Below are positions 9,475-20,585 of a stretch of 64,000 nt of DNA, piece after piece; position 1 is the stretch's first letter, and each line of letters opens with the position of its first letter. The notes below the pieces were generated by a model that was not told where the DNA came from, did not search any database, and was given only the letters and a program-made list of their open reading frames with translations. Both the position numbers and the translations under genes were made by a program. Source of the stretch: Nitrospirota bacterium (GTDB lineage: Bacteria > Nitrospirota > UBA9217); contig CAVVOB010000032.1 in NCBI GenBank assembly GCA_963749655.1, positions 1 to 64,000 on the forward strand, in the 5' to 3' direction.

Positions 9475-10365
9475 CTACAATTTTCCGAATATGCGGATTT
9501 TCAGTCGTTTGAATATCCCATCCGGGCTGCTGCTGCCGGGCTTTCGCAGGCACGCCACGAATTGCCAGTACCCCAGGGACGGATCAAACCGGTTCATACC
9601 ATGAATGCTTATAATCTCGAATTCAAACTGGGGAACGGCACTGATCAGGCGTTGAACGAACGTTTCCGGCGTATAATATCGGGCAAACGGGATTTTCCAC
9701 GGCTTTGCGCTCACGAGGACGGCCCCGGGATCGAATGCGACTGATGAAAGATCGAGATCAGGATCCGCCATGTTGACAACTACGGACGATATGAACAGCG
9801 GAACTATGCACAAACGGCCTCCGGGCTTCAGCAATCTGAACGCTTCTTGGAGGAACTGGGAATCCTTTGCATCTTCAAAATGCTCGATCGAGTTGTTGAC
9901 GGATATCACGTCAACGGAAGCATCGGCCAAAGGGATGTCGGTGCAATCGCTGCCGATGCGGTTCTTGTGGATGCCTTTCTCGAAGCACATGTCCTGCATA
10001 TAAACCTGGGCCTTGGTAATGTTCTTTACGATCCCGCCAAAGGGGGACCAGCAGCTCGCCATATCGACCATCAACTCTCTCCTGCGGGGTTTAAGGAGGT
10101 AGATGCTCAGAAAATGCTCGATCCACTTGTCTGCAATGATGCCTTCGTAATACCTGGTCCATTCCGTGTTCGTCATCAGAATTTTTTTGAACGCGAAGGC
10201 CTCTGGCATGATAGATTCTGCCGCAAGAACCTTTAACGGCACATTGTGATCCCTGATGCGGCGTTCAATATCTATGGGGTCGAACGATGGCATGGGGGAA
10301 AAATTATATTTTGTCATAAATGACACCCTCTTTTCAGCATTACCTGCTGTCGACTGTTTTAACAC
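9475..10365 (-). CDS. SAM-dependent methyltransferase (type 11-like)
   Basis: IPLADASVDVI, SIEHFE, EAFRLLKPGGRL. Confidence 0.75.
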   Translation of the reverse strand: MLKQSTAGNAEKRVSFMTKYNFSPMPSFDPIDIERRIRDHNVPLKVLAAESIMPEAFAFKKILMTNTEWTRYYEGIIADKWIEHFLSIYLLKPRRRELMVDMASCWSPFGGIVKNITKAQVYMQDMCFEKGIHKNRIGSDCTDIPLADASVDVISVNNSIEHFEDAKDSQFLQEAFRLLKPGGRLCIVPLFISSVVVNMADPDLDLSSVAFDPGAVLVSAKPWKIPFARYYTPETFVQRLISAVPQFEFEIISIHGMNRFDPSLGYWQFVACLRKPGSSSPDGIFKRLKIRIFGKL

Positions 10366-10375
10366 TATTGATCAA

Positions 10376-11467
10376 TTACAGCGTCTTTGCGCACGATGGG
10401 GCAAGACTGCGGTAAAGCGATTCGTATTGCCGGGCGATTGCGGGCCAGGAAAGCTCCAATGCCCTTTCCCGCGACCGTTTCGCAAGTTGATCACAGCGGT
10501 CCGGATCAGAGGACAGGGCAATGATGCATTGTCTGAAATCATCAATGTCGTTTTGTTTAACAAAGAAAGATCCTGCACTCGCCGCGTATTCCCGGGTGGC
10601 GATCAGGTCTGTCGTAAGAATCGGCATCCCGCAGGCCATGCCCTCCAGGATCGCATTATTCGCCGTGGCATCCTTGAACGGCATAAACAGCAGGTTCGCC
10701 TTTTGATAGAGGTTCAACAGCTCGGCATCGGCGATATTTCGATGGATGAATACGTTCTTTAACCGATGTCGCAATTGGACATTGGAAACTATGTGGAATT
10801 CAACAGATGTCCGGTCGAGCAAACTGGCCGCAACCATTTCCAGGGAATCATAGTCACGAAGCCAGTGCCCGACCGTAACGCACATGAACTTGCCGTCCTG
10901 TCGTTTTGCTTGATCCGGTTTATAAAAATCGGTGTCGATGCCGTGCAGTATTACCGAAATTTTGTCCGGATCGACCACGTCTTCAAAAAATGTCCGCTGT
11001 TCCGAGGACATCAGGATGATATGGTCGAGATAGCGGGTCATCATGGGCGGAAAAATATTCTTCAGGATATTCTTTGTCTGGTGGAACATTGCAATCAGAG
11101 CCGGCCTTCTACTCCTGACGGAAGAACGCAACTTGAGCCAGCCGGGCAGATAGCACAGGGAATGTTCAGGGTCCAAATACTGAATGATGTCGAGCGACGG
11201 GTCGGACCATGCTTTTTTGAAAACCTTCGCCTCAGCATGAAAATCATTCAGATCATAAATCGTGTTTTGAGGCCGTGCAAGTTTCAGGGTCTTTCTTGCC
11301 AGTCGGGCGGCAACCCCTTTGTCCGCTCGCCCATCCTTGTCTCTCATTGCGACCACCTGTTCTGAGACAGCGAAGCTCTCTTTGTTCAGGTAGTTTAAAT
11401 ATTGCGAGATGCCCGAACGGGTTGCCCATTGAGGGTACAACGTTCTGATAGCTAGAATGTTGATCAT
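10376..11467 (-). CDS. Glycosyltransferase family 4
   Basis: HGIDTDFY, ANNAILEGMACGMP; ATGA overlap with the upstream GT2. Confidence 0.88.
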   Translation of the reverse strand: MINILAIRTLYPQWATRSGISQYLNYLNKESFAVSEQVVAMRDKDGRADKGVAARLARKTLKLARPQNTIYDLNDFHAEAKVFKKAWSDPSLDIIQYLDPEHSLCYLPGWLKLRSSVRSRRPALIAMFHQTKNILKNIFPPMMTRYLDHIILMSSEQRTFFEDVVDPDKISVILHGIDTDFYKPDQAKRQDGKFMCVTVGHWLRDYDSLEMVAASLLDRTSVEFHIVSNVQLRHRLKNVFIHRNIADAELLNLYQKANLLFMPFKDATANNAILEGMACGMPILTTDLIATREYAASAGSFFVKQNDIDDFRQCIIALSSDPDRCDQLAKRSRERALELSWPAIARQYESLYRSLAPSCAKTL

Positions 11468-12303
11468 GAGCCTCTCCTCCAAACGCGAGCACATTTTCGG
11501 AAAAGCAGTTTAAAATAGAAGAGGTTTGCTCTGAATGACGGCGTGTAGCGGTTCACGATCCGCCATCGTTCCACCATGCGACTGATAATGTTCTGCTCAG
11601 AGACGCCGTCGACGGCGTGGACGGCAATGATCTGCTTGGTATCGAAAAAAATTCGTTTGTTCACGTAACAGTGATAAATGAAATCAAAATCGCTTGAGAT
11701 TCTGAACCCCGTATCGAAGGGATGCTCTCTGAGCAGAGCGGTCTTGACAAAAAGGCTCTGGTGGGAAAAAATCATGCTCATCCACAGCTGGTCGAGGTTA
11801 TAGGTCTCAATCAGGGTCATTTTGTCCGTCTCTCTGTAATACGTATGGCCGTAAACAAGGTCAGCCGATGACGGCATTGCCCTGACGATATCGGCAATCG
11901 TAGTAGGCAGATAAAAAGAGTCCCCCGAATTCATGAAGTTGACCCAGACGCCTGCCGCGGCGGAGACGCCCTTGTTCATGGCATCATAGATTCCCTTGTC
12001 AGGTTCACTCAACCAGTAGTCGATTCCGTCATCGTGCTTTTTAATGACATCCAGTGTGCCGTCCGTTGATCCGCCGTCGATGATGAGATAGTCGATATTC
12101 GGATAGGTTTGCGCCCGCACGTTTACGATGATGTCTTCAATGTGTTGCCGGTCGTTAAAAACGACCGTGACAATCGATATGACCGGCTGACCCTCGGTGT
12201 ATTTCCGGGCAACGTCTTTTGTTCTCCGGCCGCCCTCTTGTCTCGTTTTCAAAGTCATCATGCCCAGCCCTTCCCGCTGTTCATCAGGTTCTTTCGCATT
12301 CAC
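11464..12303 (-). CDS. Glycosyltransferase family 2 (WcaE-like, possibly a fucosyltransferase)
   Basis: ISIVTVVFN, IIDGGSTDGT, SEPDKGIYDAMNKG, FMNSGD. Confidence 0.9.
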   Translation of the reverse strand: MNAKEPDEQREGLGMMTLKTRQEGGRRTKDVARKYTEGQPVISIVTVVFNDRQHIEDIIVNVRAQTYPNIDYLIIDGGSTDGTLDVIKKHDDGIDYWLSEPDKGIYDAMNKGVSAAAGVWVNFMNSGDSFYLPTTIADIVRAMPSSADLVYGHTYYRETDKMTLIETYNLDQLWMSMIFSHQSLFVKTALLREHPFDTGFRISSDFDFIYHCYVNKRIFFDTKQIIAVHAVDGVSEQNIISRMVERWRIVNRYTPSFRANLFYFKLLFRKCARVWRRGS

Positions 12304-12306
12304 GGC

Positions 12307-13386
12307 CTAGGTGCGACGAAATATATGCCGGGCAACCCAGCGCAAAGGAGTCAAAAGTTTCCAGAGGAATGATGAACGGATTCTGTTGAGCTGGGCTGAC
12401 AGCTGAATATTATCAAGCAGCAATTTTTGATATTCCGCCAACAGCTTTTGCTCGGCTTCCAGCATTCGTTGCCGTAAATTCTCAGACGCTTTCAATTGTT
12501 CTTCAAGTTGCTCGGCGAGCCCTTTTTTCGTTTTAAATCCCGACCGGTATGAGTGCATTCGGTCATCGAGAGTCCGCACGTCGTCCTGACGGGCCGATCG
12601 GGCGGCTTCACTCTCCTCCGCCGGTTTTGTCGCCTCGATGAAAAGCGAATCAGGTTTGCGGATGGATCCGTCCGGCTCCCTGTCCAGCAAATAGTCATTA
12701 AAGCGGGGAATTGATGATTCACCGGCACTGCACTTTTTTATATTAACAAAACCTGCCCTCCGCAGCAGGAGCTCGACGGAATAGCGGTCGTACATCCACT
12801 GGTGCACTTCGCCGGAAACCCTGAATTTGCCGATCGTCTCATAATCGTCGTTGTCAGACAAGGCTTCCTCTGGAGAAGCGGTGCTTTGCACCGATTCTCG
12901 TGTGCGTTCGACGGTTTCCAACGCTTCGGAACCGATTCGCGCCAGTACGAAATCCCGGGCAGGCATCGGATCCTGCTTCCAGTACTTCAACATATCTCCG
13001 CCGGAATGATTTCTGGCTATTTGATCAAACAATTCTATCAGTATCCAGGTATATTGTTCGGCAGCCGACCTGTCTCCCTGCAGGGATCGTTCAAAAAGGT
13101 CCAGATATATCCTGGCAAGCTGCTCTAGGTCCGGGACGACGACTCTTATGATCCCGCCGGGCTTCAGCACCCGATAGCACTCATGACAGAACATGGGGGC
13201 ATAGAACCGGGGCAGATGCTCCAGCACATGGGAGTGATATACGCAGTCAAAGGAGGCGTCCTCGAACGGCAATCGTTCACGGAGATCATGGGCCATCACG
13301 GCCGGATTCTGCGACGTAAAGTCCACGTTGACCCAGTCTTGATGGAAGCGGCTCCCGCATCCAAGGTTCAGTAGTTTGACGTTCAT
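12307..13386 (-). CDS. SAM methyltransferase with a C-terminal coiled coil and amphipathic tail (putative glycan chain terminator)
   Basis: LNLGCG, SHVLEH, RVLKPGG; C-terminal heptads LAEQLEEQLKASENLRQRMLEAEQKLLAEYQKLL followed by SSFLWKLLTPLR. Confidence 0.8.
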   Translation of the reverse strand: MNVKLLNLGCGSRFHQDWVNVDFTSQNPAVMAHDLRERLPFEDASFDCVYHSHVLEHLPRFYAPMFCHECYRVLKPGGIIRVVVPDLEQLARIYLDLFERSLQGDRSAAEQYTWILIELFDQIARNHSGGDMLKYWKQDPMPARDFVLARIGSEALETVERTRESVQSTASPEEALSDNDDYETIGKFRVSGEVHQWMYDRYSVELLLRRAGFVNIKKCSAGESSIPRFNDYLLDREPDGSIRKPDSLFIEATKPAEESEAARSARQDDVRTLDDRMHSYRSGFKTKKGLAEQLEEQLKASENLRQRMLEAEQKLLAEYQKLLLDNIQLSAQLNRIRSSFLWKLLTPLRWVARHIFRRT

Positions 13387-14342
13387 ATCTTTTCAAACCG
13401 TGCGAATACGCTCTGCCCGCGAACAAGCCTTCTTAAACCTGCATTGAGCATGGTTTCTGCTGTCCTGTACAGCCAATGGGGTATTTCCTTTTCAAGACCC
13501 ATTTTTTGTTTTATCAGCGACGCGTAGACCCTTAGAAAATAGCCCACATGATACGGAGCGAGCGGTTCATAGTGAATTTCCCTGATCTTGAGCGGAAAGA
13601 AAGACGGCAATGATGATAGAGACCGTTTGTTCCATTGAGTCATATGATGCGGCGGCATATCGAGCAAATTGTAATCATATCCAAGAAAACTGTCATTATT
13701 TGGAACACTGACCATTAAAGATCCTCCGGGCCGGAGGGCTTTTATCATTTGTCCGAGAAAATCCCTTGGCTGAGCAACGTGCTCAAGTACCTGAAAAGTA
13801 CAAACTGCATCAAACGAGGCTCCCCTTTCTTCAACGAACAGAGAGAGGTCATCGCTTCTCACCGGCAGAGCCTGTTTTTCTGCTTCCAAAATAGCTGCAC
13901 GGTTCAGCTCCAGGCCGACGATATCAATGCCCTGCTGCTTACACTTTGCTACAAACGCCCCTTTTCCGGCCCCGACTTCCAAGACCCGGTCGGTCTTACG
14001 GAGACTCCTGATGGCGATATTGTGCTCCCATTTTTCAGGGATATAGAACCATTCGAATCCCTGAAGCCGCTCATAGAGTTTTGCTGTCCCCTGAACTTCC
14101 GACGGAGAAAAAAATTTCAAACCCGTCCGGTTACATCGGTACAATAATATCTGCTCGAATCCGGACAACTCCGCACTAATGTCAATCTGATAAGCACTCA
14201 ACCAGTCGGCAATTAGTTGTCTCGATTCGTATGCCTTCAGGAGGCAAATATCCTCTGTTCCAGTGAGCGGGCTCGTAACGAGCAAAAGTATCTCTCTTTT
14301 CTTATCAGTGTAATCGGCTGAATCAGGCCGGCACATATCCAT
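13383..14342 (-). CDS. Class I SAM-dependent methyltransferase
   Basis: VLEVGAGKG, FQVLEHV, LRPGG, VSVPN, DMPPHH. Confidence 0.88.
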   Translation of the reverse strand: MDMCRPDSADYTDKKREILLLVTSPLTGTEDICLLKAYESRQLIADWLSAYQIDISAELSGFEQILLYRCNRTGLKFFSPSEVQGTAKLYERLQGFEWFYIPEKWEHNIAIRSLRKTDRVLEVGAGKGAFVAKCKQQGIDIVGLELNRAAILEAEKQALPVRSDDLSLFVEERGASFDAVCTFQVLEHVAQPRDFLGQMIKALRPGGSLMVSVPNNDSFLGYDYNLLDMPPHHMTQWNKRSLSSLPSFFPLKIREIHYEPLAPYHVGYFLRVYASLIKQKMGLEKEIPHWLYRTAETMLNAGLRRLVRGQSVFARFEKI

Positions 14343-14425
14343 TTTTCCTGCTGGCCGCTACATACCGATGCTGATGCTTTAATGCTCAGGACTGCTTCTA
14401 AAATTTACCGAAACGATCTTCAACA

Positions 14426-15085
14426 TCAGGGAAGGACTTCGGTTCTGTTGTTCGTCCTGCCTTTAAACCAGAAAGCCTGGGAACACCCGACGCGCTCCAG
14501 TAAGGGCTTTTCATTGCGCTCAGCGCAAAAATCATAAAACGCTTCCCGACAGCCTTCCCAATAGCCAAAGTCGTCCAGGACCACACAGCCTCCAGACGGA
14601 ATCAAATCATAAAATGTATTGAGTACAAGAGTAACGGAATCATACCAGTCGGCATCAACGTGAAGAAAAGCGACTGACCGAGGCAACACTTTCTTGAAGG
14701 AGTCCTGGAACCAGCCTTTTGATATTATATATTCATCCGGATGAGCACCTGTTTTATTCAGTATTTCTATTACGTCTTGCTCTGATGCTTTGCATTCACC
14801 GACATAATTAACAGCTTCGATGCCGTCCTTTTCGGTTGTTGCCGGCATTCCTTCGAAGCTATCGTAAATCCACAATTTCCGATCACCCATTGCGGCTCTC
14901 AGAATTGCGCTGCTGCCGCCTTTATAACTTCCACATTCAACAACATCCCCAGCGATACTATGCGTATTAAGACACTTCTGCAGCTTCCACAGCGACAAGG
15001 CTCGCTCCTTGTCCAACAACGTATGCTGTAAAATAGCGCCATACAACCGCTCAAATTCCATACGGAAACCTCGCCTGACGACCAT
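14426..15085 (-). CDS. TylF/MycF/NovP family sugar O-methyltransferase
   Basis: GDVVECGSYKGGS, YDSFEGMP, KGWFQDS, LHVDADWYDS, VVLDDFGYWEGCR. Confidence 0.92.
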   Translation of the reverse strand: MVVRRGFRMEFERLYGAILQHTLLDKERALSLWKLQKCLNTHSIAGDVVECGSYKGGSSAILRAAMGDRKLWIYDSFEGMPATTEKDGIEAVNYVGECKASEQDVIEILNKTGAHPDEYIISKGWFQDSFKKVLPRSVAFLHVDADWYDSVTLVLNTFYDLIPSGGCVVLDDFGYWEGCREAFYDFCAERNEKPLLERVGCSQAFWFKGRTNNRTEVLP

Positions 15086-15118
15086 TATTTATCAAGTACA
15101 ATAACCTGAGAGACCAGC

Positions 15119-16497
15119 TCACTCGTCGGATTGCACTTGGCAGGATGAACTTCCGGCTAAATCCACATAGCCGTAAAAAGGGAGCCTAAGACCAAGCCTT
15201 TTTTCTGTTACGTTAATTACTCCCGTCTGGCTGACTCTTAATATCGGCGTTATTTTGGAATGCAGTAATTCCGCCACATAATCCTGAGCATTGTGATAAT
15301 CCTCGGTCTTCATAGTGGCTAAACCAATTATATATGAGTACTCGCCAGGAGCAAAGACAGCTGTATCGATTGTCGAAATTTTATCCGTTCGCCTTTTCTT
15401 AAGAGCGGCGGGGCATCAATGAGATAATGCATGGAACTTTTGGAGTGAATAACTATATTCATGTTGTTGATTATCTCTACGCCGCCGATCGGCACATCAA
15501 GTGTCTGCAACGCTTCGAATTCATAATAGAAATATGCCGTTTTCCCTATTTCAAAATTTGTACACGGTTGACCGGATTCGTCGCAGACAGCGATCGCCGT
15601 GCATTTTACTGCGTCATTTTTCCCAATTACGACTGCATGGGACATATCAAGAAGCGCACGAGAGGACGGCCAATCATGGATGGTCTTGTTTTCCTGTGTG
15701 ATGCTGGCCTCCTTATTCTGCTCTGTTTCTTTCCGCATCGCAGGGACCGCGTCGGTAAGAGGTTTATCATGCAACAAAGCATAATACCGATGAACAGCTT
15801 CATTCGGATGTCCAATGAACATGCACTTACCCCGGTCAAGGAGCAATACCCTGTTGCTGTATTTCTCAACCGAGGGCATATCATGAGAAACGACGATGAT
15901 CGTGGTGCCATTCTTGATCAACTTTTCCATCCGTTCATGACATTTCTGCTGGAAAAAGATGTCGCCAACGCTCAACGCTTCATCAACGATCAGGATTTCC
16001 GGCTCCACACTAATGGCGCTCGCAAAGGCAAGACGGACAAACATGCCGCTGGAATAAGTCTTCACGGGCTGGTGAATGAAATCTCCTATGTCGGCGAATG
16101 CAAGAATATTGTCGATTTTGTCGTGCATTTCATTTTTTGAATAACCCATGATCGTGCCACTGAAGTAAATGTTTTCTATACCGGTCAGTTCCGGGTTGAA
16201 CCCGGCTCCGAGTTCGAGAAGGGCAGACACTTTGCCGTTTACCGTAACCTCACCTGATGTGGGGGTCAGCACGCCCGTCAATATCTTAAGGAAGGTTGAC
16301 TTGCCGGATCCGTTTTTCCCGATAATGCCGATGGACTCGCCCTTTCTAACTTCGAAACTGACATCATTCAGTGCGTAAAAATCCCGATGATATTTTCTCC
16401 TGAGAGGATGAAGGGATTCCTTTAACCTCTCTGCGGGGTTATTATACAGTTTATATATCTTTGTAAGGTTGTTAACCGTAATTATATTGTAAGCCAT
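15119..16497 (-). CDS. wzt: Polysaccharide ABC exporter ATPase Wzt with a C-terminal carbohydrate-binding domain; frameshift at ~15353
   Basis: GKNGSGKST, ELGAGFNPELTG, YSSGM, DEALSVGD. The C-domain continues in another frame as APGEYSYIIGLATMKTED... to the stop at 15119. Confidence 0.88.
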
Positions 16498-16500
16498 GGC

Positions 16501-17323
16501 TTATAGCACATCAGAAAAATGCGGTCTCAGTCTTTTAAAAATGAATGCACCGGCGATAAGGACTACCAGTGTTACGGACCAAAAATATAAAGAGAGCGCT
16601 GAGCGCTCCCAAAACCAGATCTTGTTGATAAAGCTGTCACGATAACCTTCAATAACATAGAATACCGGATTCAGCTTCAGATAGAATTGATATTTCTCGG
16701 GGATAGAGTCGAGAGACCAGAATATCGGCGTCAACCAGAACCCGAATTGAATCGCCATACCGATCATGGGCCCGAAGATCCTTCAGAAAGATGATCAGCG
16801 ATGAAGTCATCCAGGACAGGCCCTGCAGGAGAACGATCATGGCAAAGAGATAGTAAAATACCTGAACATTGTATAGGTGCGGCTGAAAGCCGTAACACAG
16901 GAACATAACGAACAAAAAACAAATGAAAAAAACATGAATGATCAAGGAGGACAGTATCTTGATGATAGGCAGTATGCTGACGCGAAATACGACCTTTTGA
17001 ACGAGAAAACTTTTTTCCAGGACAGAGTTCATGCCGTTGGATACGCTTTCCGAGAAAAAAAACCAGGGAACCATGCCGGACATGAGCCAAAGGATAAAGG
17101 GGACCCCGGCAGAAGGCTTACTCTTGAATCCAAACTGGAACACGAACCAGAAAATCATGAGGGTGATTGTTGGATTCACGAACGCCCAGATGAGCCCAAG
17201 ATAGGACCCGAGATATTTTGTTTTGAAATCCTGCTTCGTCAGTTCGTAGATTATGGCCCTGTTCTTGATAATGTCACTGAGAAAAAGGACAAAATCGCCT
17301 ATATTTTTTGTCAACAAAGACAT
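16501..17323 (-). CDS. wzm: Polysaccharide ABC exporter permease Wzm; extra base at ~16774
   Basis: KQDFKTKYLGSYLGLIWAF, GMVPWFFFSE; joins ...FLKDL/GPMIGMAIQFGFWLTPIFW...LNPVFY...HFSDVL. Confidence 0.88.
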
Positions 17324-17328
17324 TCCAT

Positions 17329-18270
17329 TCACCGCTTGGCCTGATTTGAATTTCCCAGGTACCACTGATATACGTCTGCAATGCCCTGCTCCAGTTCAAT
17401 GCGATGCTGCCAGCCCAACCCATGAATCCTTGATACATCGCTGAGTTTGCGCGGCGTTCCGTCGGGTTTGCTGGTGTCAAATGTCATATCGCCCTGAAAG
17501 CCGATTACTTTTTTGACAAGCAGTGCGAGGTTACGTATCGATATCTCCTGGCCCGTGCCGATGTTGACGATTTTATCTGCATCATAGTTCTGCATGAGAA
17601 AATAACAGGCACTTGCAACGTCGTCGACGTGAATGAATTCCCGGTAAGGAGAGCCCGTACCCCAAATAGCGACCGATTTGTCATTGTTAATTTTCGCCTC
17701 ATGAAATTTCCTGATCATTGCCGGGAGTACGTGCGAACTCGTCAGGTCGAAGTTGTCATTGGGGCCGTAAAGATTAGTCGGCATAACGGAGATAAAATGC
17801 GTGCCGTACTGCCTGTTATACGACTGGCACATCTTGATCCCTGCAATTTTGGCCACGGCATAAGGTTCATTAGTCGGTTCCAGAGGGCCGCTGAGGAGAT
17901 ACTCTTCCTTCATTGGCTGGGGTGCAAGCTTGGGATAGATGCACGTGCTCCCAAGAAACAGGAGTTTCTTAACACGATGCACGTACGCACTGTGTATGAT
18001 GTTGGCCTGAATCATGAGATTGGTATAGATAAAATCCGCGGGATAGGTATTGTTGGCGACGATACCTCCCACTTTAGCCGCCGCGAGAAATACGTAATCG
18101 GGTTTCTCCGTGTTAAAGAAACCGTCAACTGCCGCCTGGCTCCGAAGGTCAAGTTCCGTGCTTGTTTTAACAACGAGGTTGGTATGGCCTTTTTCCGTTA
18201 ACGTCCGCAGGAGCGCCGACCCGACGAGGCCGCGATGCCCGGCAATATATATTTTCGATTTCAGATCCAT
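17329..18270 (-). CDS. fcl: GDP-L-fucose synthase
   Basis: [52 protein letters not shown]. Confidence 0.96.
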   Translation of the reverse strand: MDLKSKIYIAGHRGLVGSALLRTLTEKGHTNLVVKTSTELDLRSQAAVDGFFNTEKPDYVFLAAAKVGGIVANNTYPADFIYTNLMIQANIIHSAYVHRVKKLLFLGSTCIYPKLAPQPMKEEYLLSGPLEPTNEPYAVAKIAGIKMCQSYNRQYGTHFISVMPTNLYGPNDNFDLTSSHVLPAMIRKFHEAKINNDKSVAIWGTGSPYREFIHVDDVASACYFLMQNYDADKIVNIGTGQEISIRNLALLVKKVIGFQGDMTFDTSKPDGTPRKLSDVSRIHGLGWQHRIELEQGIADVYQWYLGNSNQAKR

Positions 18271-18330
18271 AGTGTTCGACCCTGCATGACAAGCCAGATT
18301 GCATCAATCATGATCAATATTGTCGCACGC

Positions 18331-19026
18331 TCATCGTTCCGCCGAATAGTTTCTATCCCATGACCACGTTATATCCTTCTTTACGATTTGCGCGGGGTTC
18401 CCGGCAAGGATGACGCCCTTTTCTGCAGAACCGCGCGTAACGACGGATCCCGCGGCGACTACTGAATCATCGGATATGGTCGCACCCTTTAAGATGATGC
18501 AATGTCCTGCCACCCAAACGTGATTCCCGATGTTGATATCCTTTGCCTTGTTGATTTTCAGCCCCGTGTTCCTGTCAATGATTGAATGCGAATCGCTGCA
18601 CCTGATGTCGATGTCAAAAGCAAACAAGCAATTCCTGCCGATTGTCAATTTGGTGCCTGCTTCCAGAACGGTAAGGCTGGTGTATCCGTAAAATTGTGTT
18701 TTGTCACTGATGGATACCGTGCAGTCGTGATCCTCCACCCATATAGTTGTTCCGGTAAGGAGTTTGCACTCTTTCCCGATCTCAATTCTGTGGTTTTCTC
18801 CTCTGATGTAAAAAGTGACGCCATTCAGAACGCAGTCCTCGGCAATGGAAACAGTGTTGCGGCTGCCCTGGATGTCGAAAGTAACGTTGGTTAAATGGGC
18901 ATTTCGATGATGAAGTTCATTGCCATCGCCGGAAATTCTTTTCGTAACGGGAATTGATGCCGACAGGTTTGAGTCGCGAAATAAAATTTTTTTTAATTGG
19001 TCGAGCATGTCTTTGAACGAAAACAA
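18331..19026 (-). CDS. Hexapeptide-repeat (LbH) O-acyltransferase
   Basis: IGRNCLFA, SDSHSI, IGNHVWV, AGSVVT, AGNPA. Confidence 0.85.
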   Translation of the reverse strand: MFSFKDMLDQLKKILFRDSNLSASIPVTKRISGDGNELHHRNAHLTNVTFDIQGSRNTVSIAEDCVLNGVTFYIRGENHRIEIGKECKLLTGTTIWVEDHDCTVSISDKTQFYGYTSLTVLEAGTKLTIGRNCLFAFDIDIRCSDSHSIIDRNTGLKINKAKDINIGNHVWVAGHCIILKGATISDDSVVAAGSVVTRGSAEKGVILAGNPAQIVKKDITWSWDRNYSAER

Positions 19027-19105
19027 TGAATTTTCAGCTTGGATAAACGGGGTTTCCGTAGTGATTATCTCACACCCTTAACGATAAGGTCATAAGACGG
19101 TATAA

Positions 19106-20164
19106 CTACTTTACTATACCATTCGACCTTAATTCCTTTTCTGCGGCAGCCATGTCCGAATTGGTCATCATCGTCACGAGACCGTCGAAATCGACCCTGG
19201 GCCGCCATCCGAGGTTTGTCCTCGCCTTTGTTGCATCGCCGAGAAGAAGGTCGACCTCCGCAGGCCGGAAATATTTTTTGTCGATTTCGATGACCATGCG
19301 TCCGGTCTTGCTGTCTATACCCTTTTCATTTTCGTGTTCACCTTGCCACGTCAGCGGCATATCAAGATGTGCAAAAACTTTTTCCGCGAACTCTCTCACT
19401 GAGTGGGTTTCACCGGAAGCAATCACAAAATCCTCCGGTTTGGTTTGCTGCAGCATGAGCCACATGGCCTCGGCATAATCACCGGCGAAACCCCAGTCAC
19501 GCTTTGCATCGAGGTTGCCGAGAAAGAGCCGTGACTGCAGCCCCAGCTTTATGCGGGCCGCAGCATGAGTGATCTTTCTGGTCACAAAAGTCTCTCCCCT
19601 GCGCGGAGATTCATGATTGAAGAGGATGCCGTTGCAGGCATAGAGACCATAACTTTCACGGTAGTTTACGGTGATATAATACGCATATGCTTTGGCGCAT
19701 GCATAAGGTGAACGGGGATAAAATGGCGTGGTTTCTTTCTGCGGCGTTTCCAGAACCTTTCCGAAAAGTTCTGAAGAAGAGGCCTGATAGAATTTCGTGT
19801 TCAATCCGGTTTCCCTGATACCTTCCAGCAGTCTGACGGTACCGAGGGCATCGACGTCAGCCGTATATTCGGGGATATCGAAAGAAACCCTGACATGACT
19901 TTGGGCGCCCAAATTGTAAATTTCGTCAGGACGTACATCTCTCAGCACTTTGTTGATCGAGCTTGCATCAGTCAGATCACCGTAATGAAGCAGCAGACGA
20001 ACCCCGGTCTCATGAGGATCCCGATAAATGTGGTTGATCCTCGCAGTATTAAATGAAGATGAACGACGGATGATTCCGTGGACTTCATATCCTTTCGCCA
20101 GCAGCAGTTCTGCCAGATATGACCCGTCTTGTCCGGTAATTCCTGTGATTAATGCTTTCTTCAC
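19106..20164 (-). CDS. gmd: GDP-mannose 4,6-dehydratase
   Basis: [48 protein letters not shown]; GAGGAG RBS before GTG. Confidence 0.97.
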   Translation of the reverse strand: MKKALITGITGQDGSYLAELLLAKGYEVHGIIRRSSSFNTARINHIYRDPHETGVRLLLHYGDLTDASSINKVLRDVRPDEIYNLGAQSHVRVSFDIPEYTADVDALGTVRLLEGIRETGLNTKFYQASSSELFGKVLETPQKETTPFYPRSPYACAKAYAYYITVNYRESYGLYACNGILFNHESPRRGETFVTRKITHAAARIKLGLQSRLFLGNLDAKRDWGFAGDYAEAMWLMLQQTKPEDFVIASGETHSVREFAEKVFAHLDMPLTWQGEHENEKGIDSKTGRMVIEIDKKYFRPAEVDLLLGDATKARTNLGWRPRVDFDGLVTMMTNSDMAAAEKELRSNGIVK

Positions 20165-20585
20165 TGTTTCTCCTCAGTCATGGAAGTGAACATGTTTTCA
20201 ATCATCATTCAAAGATCGCCTCACACGTTCCTCAACAATCGGATTATGTACGAACAGAAGCGGATGAGTTCAATATTAAGGGAAGAGCAGGTTAACGTGT
20301 GATTGAGAGCAGATGATTCACAGTCTTGCCGCAATGAATAACCAGTTTCGAATCCTATACTGAGGGGGCACAAATTATTGCGAATAAGCCGATAGCTAGT
20401 TGTTTTGAGCAAATAATTCCGCTGGCCTAGCGATACGATTAAGCGGTTTTTTCGCATCAGCACCACTGGGCCTTCATACAGAACTATAAAAAATTCCCCC
20501 TGCAGCAGTATTTAACTCGCCCTCTCCTGGCAGCAAACTTAATACTGCTCAATAATTATGCAAAAGTGCATGCGATAGTAGGGCA

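Noticed and set aside
20556-20577. Sigma54-like motif TCGCATGCACTTTTGCAT (minus strand)
   Set aside because: It lacks the invariant GG at -24 and the spacing is wrong.
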